Below are positions 8,132 to 27,200 of a DNA stretch of 64,000 nucleotides, piece by piece. This DNA is from Thermoanaerobaculia bacterium (GTDB taxonomy: Bacteria > Acidobacteriota > Thermoanaerobaculia > Multivoradales > UBA5704). Position numbers and translations under genes: made by a program. The stretch covers positions 375 through 64,374 of the forward strand of contig DATEIO010000055.1 of NCBI GenBank assembly GCA_035278895.1. Direction: 5' to 3'. The stretch's first letter is position 1; each line of letters opens with the position of its first letter. The notes under the pieces are model-generated. The model had not been told where the DNA came from. It did not search any database and saw only the letters and a list, made by a program, of their open reading frames with translations.

Positions 8132-11100
8132 CGCCGCCCCCGAGGCGCGAGCCGGCCGGATCTCCCGACATCTGCTCCACTTCCTCGAGCAGCTCGGCGA
8201 GCAGGCTGGCATCGATCAGGCTGGCCCGCGCGTTGGCCACGGCGACCGCCATCTCCTCCAACGTGGAGCTGTAGAGCACGTTGAGCGGCAGCTCGATGCC
8301 GAAGGCGGAGCGGATGCGGAGGATGAGCTGCATGGCGACCAGAGAGTGGCCTCCGAGCTGGAGGAAGCGGTCGCTCCGGCCGACACGCTCGGCCCCCAGC
8401 ACCTCCTGCCACAGAGCGGCAAGCTGGCTCTCGATCTCGGTGCGCGGAGGATCGTAGGAGTCCTCTTCGCGCCCCTGCCGGGCCCTCTCCGGATCGGGCA
8501 ACGCGCGGCGGTCGAGCTTGCCGCTGGGGGTGAGAGGCAGCGCGTCGAGCACGACGATGGCCGAGGGGACCATGGGCTCGGGCAGCCGGGTGCGCAGAAA
8601 GTCCTGCAGACCCGCAGCCAGCGAGTCGGAGGCCTTCTCTTCGTCGCGGCCCCTCGGCACGACCCAGGCGGCGAGGCGCCGGTCGGTGCCGGCCTGATAG
8701 GCGCCTGCGACGGCCTCCCGGACCTGGGAATGTTGCAGCAGCGCTCTTTCGACCTCTCCCGGCTCGATGCGGAAGCCCCGGATCTTGAGCTGCTGGTCGG
8801 CGCGCCCGACGAAGTCGAGGTCGCCGCCCGGCAGCCAGCGGCCGAGGTCGCCCGTGCGGTAGAGCCGCGCTCCGGGAGCGGTTGCGAAGGGATCGGGGAC
8901 GAACCTCTCCGCGGTGAGGTCGGGGCGCCCCCGGTAGCCTCGGGCGAGACCGGCGCCGCCCAGGTAGATCTCCCCGGGAACGGCGGTCGGAGCCGGCTGG
9001 AGCCAGGAGTCGAGCACCAGCACCCGGACTCCGTCGATCGGCGGACCGATCCGCGGCCTGCCGCCCTCGGCTCCGGGGCTCGAGACGTCCCCCGCGGTCG
9101 CGCAGACCGTGGCTTCGGTCGGTCCGTAGGCGTCGATCACCCGCCGGCCGCCCGGCCCGCCGCTCCAGCGCCGGACCAGCTCGGACGGACAGGCTTCCCC
9201 GGCGACGACGAGCACTCGCAAATCGGGCAGCCCGGCCTCGGGCAGCACGGCGAGCACCGAGGGGGGAAGCGTCAGATGGGTGATCCTCCGCTCGGCCAGG
9301 AGGTCGATCAGCCCGGGGCCGGGCAGGAGCCGGGAAGGAGAGGAGAGGTGCAGCTCCGCGCCTCCGAGCAGCGCCATCAGAATCTCCGAGACCGAGGCGT
9401 CGAAGCTCAGAGAGGCGAACTGGAGCACGCGGTCGCCTGGGCGGACGTCGAACAGCCTCGTCTGGGCGGCCGCGAGATTCCCGAGCCCGCCGTGAGGCAC
9501 GACGACGCCTTTCGGCGCACCGGTGGAGCCCGAGGTGTAGATCAGGTACGCGGAGCTTTCCGCATCGGCGGTCTCCGGGAGGGGAGAGTCTTCCTGAGCA
9601 TCGATCAGCCAGACGTCGCCGTCCAGGCGGAGGATCGGGATCTGGTCGACCTGGCTCGGGAGGCTCTCGAGGAGAAGCTCGGTGGTCAGCAGCACCGCGG
9701 CCTGGGAATCCTTGAGGAGAAGAAGGAGGCGTTCGAGCGGATAGGCCGGATCGAGCGCCACGTAGGCGCCTCCCGCCTTCCAGATGGCGAGTAGCCCGAT
9801 GAGAAGGTCCGGAGAGCGGTCGAGACAGACGGCCACCGGGACCTCGGGACCGACGCCCCACAGCCGCAGGGCCCGCGCGACCTGGTTGGCGCGGCGGTCG
9901 AGCTCGCCATAGGTGAGGCGGGAATCGTCCCCGGCCACGGCGACCTCTTCCGGGATCGTGCGGGCCCTCTCCTCGAAGAGCCGGGCGGCGTTGACGCGCG
10001 GGGAGGCCGGACCGCCGTCGCTCCAGACGGTGAGGACCTGCCGTTGCTCTTCTTCGGACAGCAGGGAAGACTCGTGGTGCGGCCTCTCGGGATGGGCGGC
10101 GAGAGCGGCCAGGGCCTGCGCGTAGCACGCGCCGACCGCGCGGACCTGCTCGGGAGAGACCTCGGCATCGGAGTAGTTCAGGCGCAGGGAGATCCACGCG
10201 CCTTCGATGTCGAGCGTGCAGTTGGTGCCGAGAGGGAAGTTGGTCTCTTCGTAGCCGTAGTTGGACAGCGACTGCAGGCCACCGGCTTTGCGGACCTCCT
10301 GATACACGTGAAACTGAGTGACTCCGAAGGCGGTCTCGAACATCTCCTGGCCGCCGGCCGCGCTCTGGATCTCACCCAGGGGCAGGCGGCGGTGAGCCAG
10401 CATGTCGCGTTCGAGCTCGAAGGCCTTCCGGGCGAGCTCGCTCCAGGTCTCTCCGCCCAGGCGCAGCCGGAAGGGCACGGTGTTGAGGAAAAGCCCGAGC
10501 GCCTCGGTCCCTCCCTCCTGCTCGGGCCGGCCGTGGACCACCAGCCCGGTGACCACGTCGGGCTCGCCGCAGACGCGCGCAACGACGGCGAGGTGCGCGG
10601 CGAACAGCAGGCTCTTCAGGGGGACGCCCGTCTGCCGCGCTGCCTGCCGGAGGGCTTCCGTGGCCTCCGAATCGACCGGCACGAAATGATCGTTCGCCCG
10701 CGGGGCGGCCGGGCGTACGTGCGGCCAGCGTGGAAGGCGGTTGGGCGGGGCCTCGGCGAGAAGCCGCTGCCAGAAGGCGCGGGTCTCGGCCGAGGCGAGC
10801 GCTTCCCTCTCGAGCCGCACGGAGTCGCGGAAGGCAGCGGCCGGAGGCGGCTCCTCGGGCAGCTCTCGTCCCTCGGCCATCGCCATGTAGCTGTGGAACA
10901 GCTCGGTGCGCAGGGTGGCCGCGCTCCAGCCGTCGAGCACGGAGTGATGGAAGCTCAGGGTGTGCTGGAAGACGTCGTCCGCGAGCCGGTGGACGTGGAA
11001 GCGCAGCAGCGGGGGGCACGACCAGTCGAAGTCGCGGTAGCGCTCGGCCTCGAGCCAGGCCGCCACGGTCCGCTCGCGCTCGGGCTCGGACAGGCCGCGC

Positions 11101-14100
11101 AGGTCTTCGATCGCCAGCGGAGCCGTCACGTGGCGGTACACGAGCTGGAGCGGCTCGCTGGTCTCGCGGAGCTCGAAAGCGGTCCGCAGGGCGGGGTGGC
11201 GGGCCACGGCCCGGGCGAGCGAGCGGTGGAAGGCGTCCTCGTCGAACGGGCCGCGCAGGCGCTCGCTCACGATGTCGTGGTAGACGGCGGTGCCGGGGTT
11301 GAGCTGGGTGTGAAACAACATGCCGGCCTGGGTGCGGGCGAGCGGATAGGCATCTTCCACTGCGCCGGGCAGGAGGCGGCGGTCGGCTTCGGAGATCAGC
11401 TCGAACGGCTCCAGGGGCACCAGGCCCGTCTCGGGCTCTCCGGTGCTCAGCACCCGCGCCAGCTCGCCCAGGATCTGGTGCTGGAAGATCTGCTGGAGCG
11501 TCATCGACAAACCCAGGTCGCGCGCCCGCGCCAGCACGCGGATGCTCAGGATCGAGTCGCCCCCGAGAGCGAAGAAATTGTCCAGGCTGCCGACCTGCGC
11601 AACGCCCAGGACCTCGGACCAGACCTGGGCCAGAATCCTCTCGGCCGGGGTCTCCGGCGCGACGTGCTCGACCTCGGCGCGTGCCGTGGCCGGATCGGGA
11701 TCGGGGAGGGCCTTGCGATCGAGCTTGCCGTTCGGAGTGAGCGGGAGACCGTCGAGAGGCACGAAGGCCGGCGGGATCATGTAGGACGGGAGGCGCTGCT
11801 CCAGGTGGGCCCGCAGCTCCGCAATCGTGGGAATCCGGGCCTCGCGGGAGACGAACCAGGCGACCAGCCGGCCGTGGTCGCCGCCGCGTCCCCGGGACAA
11901 TACGACGGCTTCGCGGACGTCCGGATGGCTCATGAGAGCGGCCTGAATTTCCCCGAGCTCGATGCGGAAGCCGCGGACCTTGACCTGGTCGTCGGTGCGC
12001 CCGAGGTACTCCAGCTCTCCATCCGGCCGTCGCCGGGCGAGGTCGCCCGAGCGGTACAGGCGGGCCCCGGGCTCCGGGCTGAACGGGTCGGCCACGAAGC
12101 GCTCGGCCGTCAGCTCCGGCCGGTTCAGATAGCCTCGCGCCACGCCGGGCCCGCCGACGTGGATCTCGCCGGGAACCAGGAAGGGGACCGGCTCGAGACG
12201 GCGGTCCAGCACATGGACCTGGAGATCCTCGATGGGAAGGCCGATGCGGCTGCCTCCGCCGAGGTCGGCGTGCGACATGGGCCGGTAGGTCACGTGCACC
12301 GTGGTCTCGGTGATGCCGTACATGTTGACCAGGAGAGGCTCGCGGTCGCCGTGACGCTCGAACCAGGAGGCCAGAATGGAGGGCTCGAGAGCCTCACCGC
12401 CGAAGACGACGGTGCGCAGAGAGAGGCGGCGAGGACGCTCGGCGTCGGCGGCGGAGAGCTGGCGGAAGGCGGAAGGCGTCTGGTTGAGCACGGTGACCCG
12501 CTCGGATTCCAGCAGGTCGAGAAACGCTTCCGGGGACCGGCTGATCCAGTAGGGGACGATGACGAGGCGCCCGCCCCAGGCCAGGGCCCCCCAGATCTCC
12601 CAGACCGAGAAGTCGAAGGCGTGAGAGTGGAACAGGGTCCAGACGTCGCCGGGGCCGAAGGCGAAACGGTCCTGCGTGGCCGCCAGCAGGCGCGAGACGT
12701 TGGCGTGGGTGACCACGACTCCCTTGGGGAGGCCGGTGGAGCCGGAGGTGTAGATGACGTAGGCGGCATGGCCGGGGTCGACCGCTGCGTCCTGGAACGG
12801 CACCGGGCTCTCCGCATCGAGGCCCGGGAGCCCGGCGTCGAGGAGCAGGCGGGGGAGCCCCGGAATCTCGGGCAGCCGCATCTCGAGGCTGGAATGGGTC
12901 AGCAGGACCGCGGCCCCGGAATCGGCGAGCAGGAAGCCGAGACGCTCGCGCGGAAGATCGGGATCGAGAGGCACGTAAGCGGCACCGACCCGGAGGATCG
13001 CCAGGATGGCGGCGATCATCTCCGGAGAGCGTTCGAGGCAGAGCGCGACGCGCATCTCGAGCCCGGCCCCGAGCCGGTGGAGGCGCCAGGCGATGCGGTT
13101 GGCTTCGGCCTCGAGCTCTAAGTAGCTCCAGCGTACGCCCGCACCGGAGAGCGCCTCCGCCTGGGGAGCGCGGCGGGCGGCCGCGGCGAAGAGCTCATGA
13201 AGCGGCGCGAGCGGTCCGGGCTGGACGCCGAAGCGGTTCCATCCGCTGATCAGCTGCTGCCGCTCCGCCCCGGTCAGGAGGGGCAGCTCGGAGACCGCAA
13301 GGCCGCCCCGGCTGGCGATACCCTGGACGAGGGTCTCGAAGGAGCGTGCGAGGCGTGCGGCCGAAGACTCCTCGAAGAGGTCGGTGCGGTAGATCAGAGT
13401 CCCCGAAATCCTCTGGGGAAGCTCGTTCATCACCAGGTGCAGGTCGTATTGTGCGGCCTGGGTCTCCACGCTGAACGGAGCCGGGGAGCCCGGGGACGAG
13501 GGCTGGGTCCCGGAGAGGTTCTGGAAGGCCAGCGCCACCTGGAAGAGAGGGGTCTGCGAGAGGTCGCGGGGGAGGCTCAGATCCCGGACCAGGGATTCGA
13601 ACGGGAGCTCCTGGTGGGCTTCGGCCTGGAGGATTCGCTCGCGCACCCGCTCGAGGAGCTCCGGGAAAGGAGGGTCGCCCGCCAGATCGATCCGGATCGC
13701 CAGCATGTTGATGAAGAATCCGATCAGGGGCTCGAGCTCCCGGCGGGTGCGGCCGGCCACCGGAGTGCCGACGAGCAGGTCCTCTGCGTTTGTCGAGCGA
13801 TGGAGGAGGACGCCGAAGGCGGCCATCAGGAGCATGAACAGGGACGAGCCCCGGGAGAGGGCCAGCTCGCGAATCGCCGCGGTGGTGCCGGGGTCCAGGG
13901 TCAGCCGGACCGTGCCGCCCCGGGAGCTCTGGACGGCGGGCCGCGGCCGGTCGGAAGGCAGGGCCAGCGAGGTGGGCGCCCCCGCCAGGCACTCGCGCCA
14001 GTAGCGGAGCAGGGCCTCGAGAGTCTCCCCTTGCAGCTGGTCGCGCTGCCAGGTGGCGAAATCGGCGTACTGGATCGGCAGCTCCGGCAGGGGCGAGGGT

Positions 14101-14695
14101 TTTCCGGCGGCCAACGCGTCGTACAAGGCCGTCAGCTCCCGGACGAGAATCCCCATGGACCATGCGTCCGAAGCGATGTGATGCATGATCAGGACGAGCG
14201 CGTGGTCCTCGCCGCCGAGCCGCAGGAGAGCGCTGCGGAGGGGGAGGGAGCGGGTCAGGTCGAACGGCCGAGCCACGAGGAGGCTCCCGAGCCGCCTGGC
14301 TTCGCCGAGGCGCGCCTCGGCGGGAAGGCCGGACAGATCGGCGCACGCCATCGGCGGCTCCGGCTCCTCGATCACGATCTGCACCGGCTCGCCGCCGGCC
14401 GTGCCGAAGAGGGTGCGCAGGCTTTCGTGACGCCGCAGGAGCTCGCCGAAGGCCCTGCGCAGGATCCCGGCGTCCAGGGGGCCGGAGAGGCGCACGCCTT
14501 CGGGGAGGTTGAAGGTGAGGGCGTCAGGATCGAGCTGGTACAGGAACCAGAGGCGCTGCTGGCCGAAGGAGAGCGGGGAGGGCCCGGTGCCGGAGCGCCG
14601 GGGGATGACCGGACGCGGCGCGGTGGCCACTCCCTGTTGGCGGAGCCGCTTCTCCAGCAGGAGTTGGTACTTCGCGGAGAGCTCGAGGGCATTGG

Positions 14696-14699
<4 letters not shown>
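8124..14699 (-). CDS. NRPS, 2 modules: C-A(Thr)-PCP-C'(DCL-like)-A(Tyr-type)-PCP (2191 aa)
   Basis: GTG 14699 overlaps the upstream stop (GTGA), with an AAAGGA SD-like element 8 nt upstream. C 13260..14582 ('PLSFGQQRLWFL', 'HHIASDAWS'). A 11709..13208 (Tyr codon of YTSGSTG at 12750..12752; code DFWNVGMVHK). PCP 'GGDSILSI' (Ser 11553..11555). C' 10065..11363. A 8499..9992 (YTSGSTG Tyr codon 9537..9539; code DASTVAAVCK). PCP 'LGGHSL' (Ser 8343..8345). Acidic tail 'SLLAELLEEVEQMS'. ORF-track residues upstream of 14699 are out-of-frame overlap. Confidence 0.9.
10065..11363 (-). other. domain: second DCL-like C' domain not preceded by an E domain
   Basis: 'VEDAYPLARTQAGMLFHTQLNPGTAVYHD', 'SFHHSVLDGWS', 'YEETNFPL'. 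The upstream PCP is 'GGDSILSI'. Confidence 0.75.
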
Positions 14700-21279
<6,580 letters not shown>

Positions 21280-21283
<4 letters not shown>

Positions 21284-24200
21284 GGCAGGGTTCCTTCGTC
21301 GAGGGCCAGCTCCAGCTCCTCCTGCGAGGCGCTGGCGATCATCGCCTCCTCGATCGCGACGGCGAGCGCGGCGATGGTCGGGGCGTCGAAGAGGCTCCGC
21401 ACCCGCAGCTCGACCCCGAGGGTCCTGCCGAGGCGGGAGACGAGCTGAAGGGCGACCAGCGAGTCCCCGCCCAGCTCGAAGAAGTTGTCGTGAATGCCGA
21501 TCCGCTCGATGCCGAAGACCTCCTGCCAGACCTCGGCGATCTCTCGCTCGAGCTCGTCGGAGGGCGGGCTGTACGGGGTCGCCAGGGGCGGCCGCTCGTG
21601 GATCGACGCCGGCGCGGGCCGCCGCTCGAGAGCCTCGAGCACGCTCGCGCCGGCCTTCTGCGCCCGCCTCCAGCGCGCCGCGAAATCGCCGGCCGAGACG
21701 ACCACCTGCTCCAGGCCGCTCGCCAGGGCGCGATCGAACGCCTCGACCCCCTCGGCCGGAGAGAGGCCGCCGGTCATCTCCTCGCCGGTCAGCTCGCGGT
21801 GCCGCCGTTCGACGGCGACGGCCATGCCGGTCCCCTGCCAGCGGTCCCAGTCGAGGGCCAGGGTCGGTATGCCGGTCTCGGCCGCGTGGAGGTGGGCCCA
21901 GGCATCGAGGAAGGCGTTGGCGGCGCAGTAGCCGGTCTGGCCGGGCTGTGCGAGGAGCGCGCTGGTCGAGGAGAAGACGACGATCTGGCCGGGCGGCAGC
22001 TCCCGGCAGACCTCGCCGAGGGCGAGCGCGCCCCGGACCTTGGCCGCGAGCTCCTCCTCGAGCGCCTCGCGCGTCTGCAGGGCGAGGAGCCGCCCTCCCG
22101 GCACACCGGCGGCGTGAATCACGCCGTCGAGGCGGCCGAAGCGTTCCACGGTGCGGCGGACGGCGGCGCGCAAGGCTTCGAGGTCGGCGGCGTCCGCCGC
22201 TTCGACGGCCACTTCGGCTCCCAGGGCCCGCATCCGGCGCACCCGGTCGGCACGGAGCGCGGGATCCGAGACCGCCACGGCCGCCGGACGGGTGGCGAGC
22301 AGGAGCCCGCAGTCGGCGTCGGCCCGGCCGTCTTCGTCCTCCGGCAGGGCGGCGGCGACCTCGAAGCCGGCCCGCGCGAGCGCCTCCTTCCAGGCCTCGA
22401 GATCGATCAGCGGCGAGCCGTGGCGATAGGCGTCGGAGAACAGCCACCAGCCTTCGGCGAGCCCCCAGACCATGTCCATCCAGCGCTGGCGGCGGGTCAG
22501 CTCGATCAGGCAGAGCTCGCCGCCCGGGCGCAGCAGCCGCCTCAGGTTGCGCAGGGTCGCCTCGACGTCCGGGGTGGCGTGGACGACGTTCAGGGCGAAG
22601 AGCAGGTCGAAGCTCTCCGGCTCATAGCCCTGCTCTGCCGGATCGCGCGAGGCGTCGAGCACGCCGAAGCGCAGGAAGTCGAGCCCCGCCCGCGCCGCCT
22701 CGCGTTCGGCCTCGGTCACGAACAGGCGGCCGAGGTCGGTGAACCAGTATTCGGCTCCGCGGCCGGAGAGCACCGGAGCCACCTGCCGCGTGAGGACGCC
22801 CTGGCCGCCGCCGGCTTCGAGGACGCGGAGCGTGCGTCCCGCGGCGGCGCACCGCCCGGCGGCACGGCTCGCGATCTCCGCGGCGAGGGCGGTGTAGACC
22901 GGCGTGTGCGAGAGGCTCTCGGCGGGCTCTCCCGGCTCGCCTCCGGAGAACAGGTACTGGAGCGCCTCGCCGTCTCCCGAGAGCGCGGGCCCATAGCCGG
23001 CGGCGCACCGCTCGACCCTCTCGAAGAGGGAGCGTAGAAAGGGATGCCGCAAGGCCGCTTCGCGGGCCAGCGCCGCGGGGTCGGGAGCGCCGGCCGCGTC
23101 CACCTGGAAGACCGCGGTGTCCCCCTCCCGCCGGACCCAGCCGTCCTCGGCCAGGGTTTCGAGGAGAAAGTCGAAGAAGCGGTGGAACTTGGGGAGGAGC
23201 CGCAGATCCTCGCGCCGCAAGGGCGCACCCCGGCGGACCTCGATCCCCGCTTCGATGAGAAAGCGGAGCAGGCGGGCGGAGCAGAAGGCGTCGAGCGACT
23301 CCTGGGCTCCGGGGCGGCTCGCCAGGCCTCGCACGCCGAGCTGGTGCCGCAGCTCGATCTCCCGGGCGGCGAGATCCGCGCCGGGGGTCCCCTCCCGGCC
23401 GGGGAGGGCTTCCCGTTCCTCCTCCGGCGGCAGGCCCGTGCGCCCGAGCAGCACCACCCGCGCTCGCGCCGCCGCCAGGTGCTCGGCGATCTCCAGACCG
23501 ACCCCGCCGAGCCCGCCGGTCACCAGCCAGACGTCCCCCTCGCGCAGGGAGCTCCGCGTTGCGAGCCGCACCGGCGTGAGGTCCGGCAGCCAGCGCCCGC
23601 CGCCGCGCCAGGCGCTGAGCGGCGCGGAGATAGGAGCCGCGATCTCCGCGGCGATGCGGCCGAGCCACGATCCCCGCAGGGGAAACCCGACGTCGATGGC
23701 GCGGCAGGTGATGCCGGCGTGCTCGCGGGGCGCGACGCGGCAGAGCGCCAGGACCATGGCGCGCTCCGGGCAGGGGAGATCTCCCGGAGCCACCCTCTGG
23801 GCTCCGGAGGTCACGGCCGTGATCTCGAACGTCTCGGAGCCGCCGCGGTCTCCGAGCGCCTGGATGAGGAAAAGGAGGCTGTAGAAGCCGCGGTCCTTCT
23901 CCTGCTCCAGCCGGGCGAGCCGCTCCGGCAGGCCGTCGGCCGGCTCCAGCGGCTCGGCGCTGCCGAGGTGGAGGATCCGCGGCGGCAGGGAGCCTCTCTC
24001 CCGCGCGATCCCGGAAAGCAGGGCGTCGTAGTCTTCCCGCCGCCGCAGCCGCCCGTCGAGACGGACGGCGACCGTCTCGGCGCCGAGCCGGCGGAGGTGG
24101 TCGAGGAGGGCCTCGCCGACGCCGTCTCCGGCCTCCTCGGCCGCCGCGAGGAAGACGAGCCAGGGGCCGTGCCCGCCCTCTCCGGCCGGGGCCCACGGCT

Positions 24201-27200
24201 CGGGCTTCCAGAAGGGGGTCCAGAACCGGTCGGCCGGCGAACGCTCCTCAGGTGCCTCGCTCCTCCCCGGCTCGACCCAGTAGCGCCGGCGCTCGAAGGG
24301 GTAGGTCGGCAAGGGGATCCGGCGCCGCCGCTCGCCGTCGTGGAGGGCCTGCCAGTCGACCGGCGCCCCGGCCGCCCAGAGCTGGCCGAGCGCGGAGAGG
24401 ACCGTTTCGACGTCGTCTTCGGCGCCGTCCGGATGGCGCAGGGAGGTCACCACCGGGTGCGCCGGAGAACGGTCGGGGTGCCGCCTCGCCAGAGCCGAGA
24501 GCGTGCGGCCGGGGCCGGCTTCCAGGAGCACCGGGGCCGGCCGGTCCGCCGGGTGGCGGAGCAGGGTGGAGAGGCCGTCGGCGAAACGCACGGTGGCCCG
24601 CAGGTGGCGCGCCCAATACCCGGGGTCGGTCGCTTCGGCGTCCGTGATCCATGTCCCGGTGACGTTGGAGACCCAGGGGATGCGCGGCGGCGAGAGCCGG
24701 ACCCGGCCCACGGCAGCGGCGAAGGGAGCCACGGCCGGGTCCATCATCGCGGAGTGGAAGGCGTGCGAGGTGCGGAGCCGCCGGCCCTCGATCCCGCGGG
24801 CGGCGAGCCGTTCGAGCAGGTCCTGGATCTCCTCGCCGGGGCCCGAGACCACGCACTGGGCCGAGCCGTTGACAGCGGCCAGGGCCAGCCCCGGGCCGAG
24901 CAGCGGGGAGATCTCGGCCTCGGAGAGCGGCAGGCTCGCCATGCTCCCGGGCGGCAGGGCGGCGACGAGCCGGCCCCGCTGCGCGACCAGGGCGAGGCCG
25001 TCCTCGAAGGAGAACACGCCGGCCAGGCAGGCGGCGGTGTACTCGCCCAGGCTGTGGCCGATCATGGCTTCGGGGGAGAGGCCCCAGCTCGCCCACAGGC
25101 GGGCCAGGGCGTGCTCGACCGCGAACAGGGCCGGCTGGGCGAGCCCGGTGTTTTCCAGCTCCCCCTTGAGCAGGTCGCGCAGATCGCCGCCGAGCCACGG
25201 CAGGAGGATCTCGGCGGCACGGTCCATCTCCGCGCGGAAGACCGGCTCGGAGCGGTAGAGGCCGAGCCCCATGCCCGGATGCTGGGCCCCCTGGCCGGGG
25301 AAGAGGAAGATCACGCCCCGGCCTTCTTCGGCCCGGTCTCCTCCGGGTTTCGCGAGCGCCGCCACCGCCTCCGCCGCGTCTCTGCAGAGCACGGCGCGCC
25401 GGTGCCTGAAGGCACGGCGGCCGGTCTGCAGCGTCCAGGCGGCGTCGGCCAGAGCCGTCTCCGGCCTCTCCTCGAGGAAGCGGCCCAGGAGGGCGGAGGA
25501 CGCCTCGAGAGCGGACGGAGTCCGGGCGGAAAGCACGAGGAGGTTCCAGGGGCGGCGCGGCGGGGTGCCGGGCTCGGCAGGCGGCGGCTCCTCCAGGACC
25601 ATGTGGGCGTTGGTGCCGCCGATCCCGAACGAGCTGACGCCGGCCCGGCGAGGACCGTCCCCGCTCTTCCACTCGGCGAGCCGGTCGTTGACGTAGAACG
25701 GGCTCGCGGCGAAGTCGATCTTCGGGTTCGGCGTTGTGAAATGCAGGCTGGGCGGGATCTGCCCGTGCTGGAGCGCCTGGGCGGTCTTGATCAGCCCCGC
25801 GACGCCCGCCGCGGCGTCCAGGTGTCCCAGATTGGCCTTCATCGAGCCGATGGCGCAGAAGCCGCGGTCGGCCGTGCCGGTCCGGAAGGCCTGGGTCAGA
25901 GCCGCCACCTCGATGGGATCGCCCAGGGGCGTGCCCGTGCCGTGCGCCTCGACGTAGCGGACCGTGCGCGGGTCGACGCCCCCTTCGGCGAGGGCCGCGG
26001 TGATGACCTGCGCCTGTCCCTCCACGCTGGGCGCGGTGTAGCCGACCTTGAGCGATCCGTCGTTGTTCACCGCCGAGCCGAGGATCACGGCGTGGATGGT
26101 GTCGCCGTCGGCCAGCGCGTCGGTGAGCCGCTTGAGCAGCACCACGCCGGCCCCGCTCCCCCCCACGGTGCCCTGGGCCTGCGCATCGAAGGCCCGGCAG
26201 TGGCCGTCCGGAGAGAGGATTCCTCCCTCCTGGTAGAGGTAGCCGGTGCGCAGAGGCCAGGAGATCGCCGCGCCTCCGGCGAGGGCCATGTCGCAATCCC
26301 CCGCGATCAGGCTCCGGCAGGCCAGGTGGGCCGCCACCAGCGACGAGGAGCAGGCGGTCTGGACGGCCAGGCTCGGCCCCCGGAGGTTCAGCTTGTAGGA
26401 AACCGTGGTCGGCAGATGGTCCTTGTCGTTCGCGATGTCGAGCTTGTAGGCGCCGGCCGAGCGCAGCGCCTCGGGATTCCTGTACAGGTGAATCAGGTAG
26501 CCGCTCCTGCGCACCCCGGCGTAGACACCGATCCGGCCGGGGAAGGCCGCGGGGTCGTAGCCGCTCGCCTCGATCGCCTCCCACGCGCATTCCAGGAAGA
26601 GGCGGTGCTGGGGGTCGGTGATCTCCGCGTCCCGGGGGGTGAAACCGAAGAAGTCGGCGTCGAAGAGGTCGACGTCCGCGAGGGGAGCGCTCGCCCGGAC
26701 GTAGCGGGGGTGCCGGAGCGTCTCGGGGTCGACCCCGGCTTCCAGAAGCTCCTCCTCCGAAAGCCGGACGATCGACTCGACGCCTGCGCAAAGGTTTCGC
26801 CACAGATCCTCGACGCCCGCCGCGCCGGGGAAGCGGCCGGACATGCCGATGATGGCGATCCGGGAGTCCGTTCCGGCGGCCCGGGTTCCGCGGGCCGCGA
26901 GGGGAGCCGAAGCGTCCTCCGCTCCCCGCGTCAGAGAGCGGGCCAGCGCCTCGACGGTCGGGTGGCGGAACAGATCCACCAGGGGAATCTCCCGGTCGAG
27001 GGAGGCCCGCAGCCTCTCCTGGAGCCGGAGGAGGAGCAGGGAGTGCCCGCCGAGATCGAAGAAGTTGTCGTGGCGCCCCACCTGGGCGAGGCCGAGGACG
27101 TCGCGCCAGGCGGCGGCGACCTGCTGCTCCATCGCGGTCTGTGGAGGCGTCGCGGGTCCGTCACCGGCGCCCGGACCCGGCTCGGAGCCCAGACGGCTCA

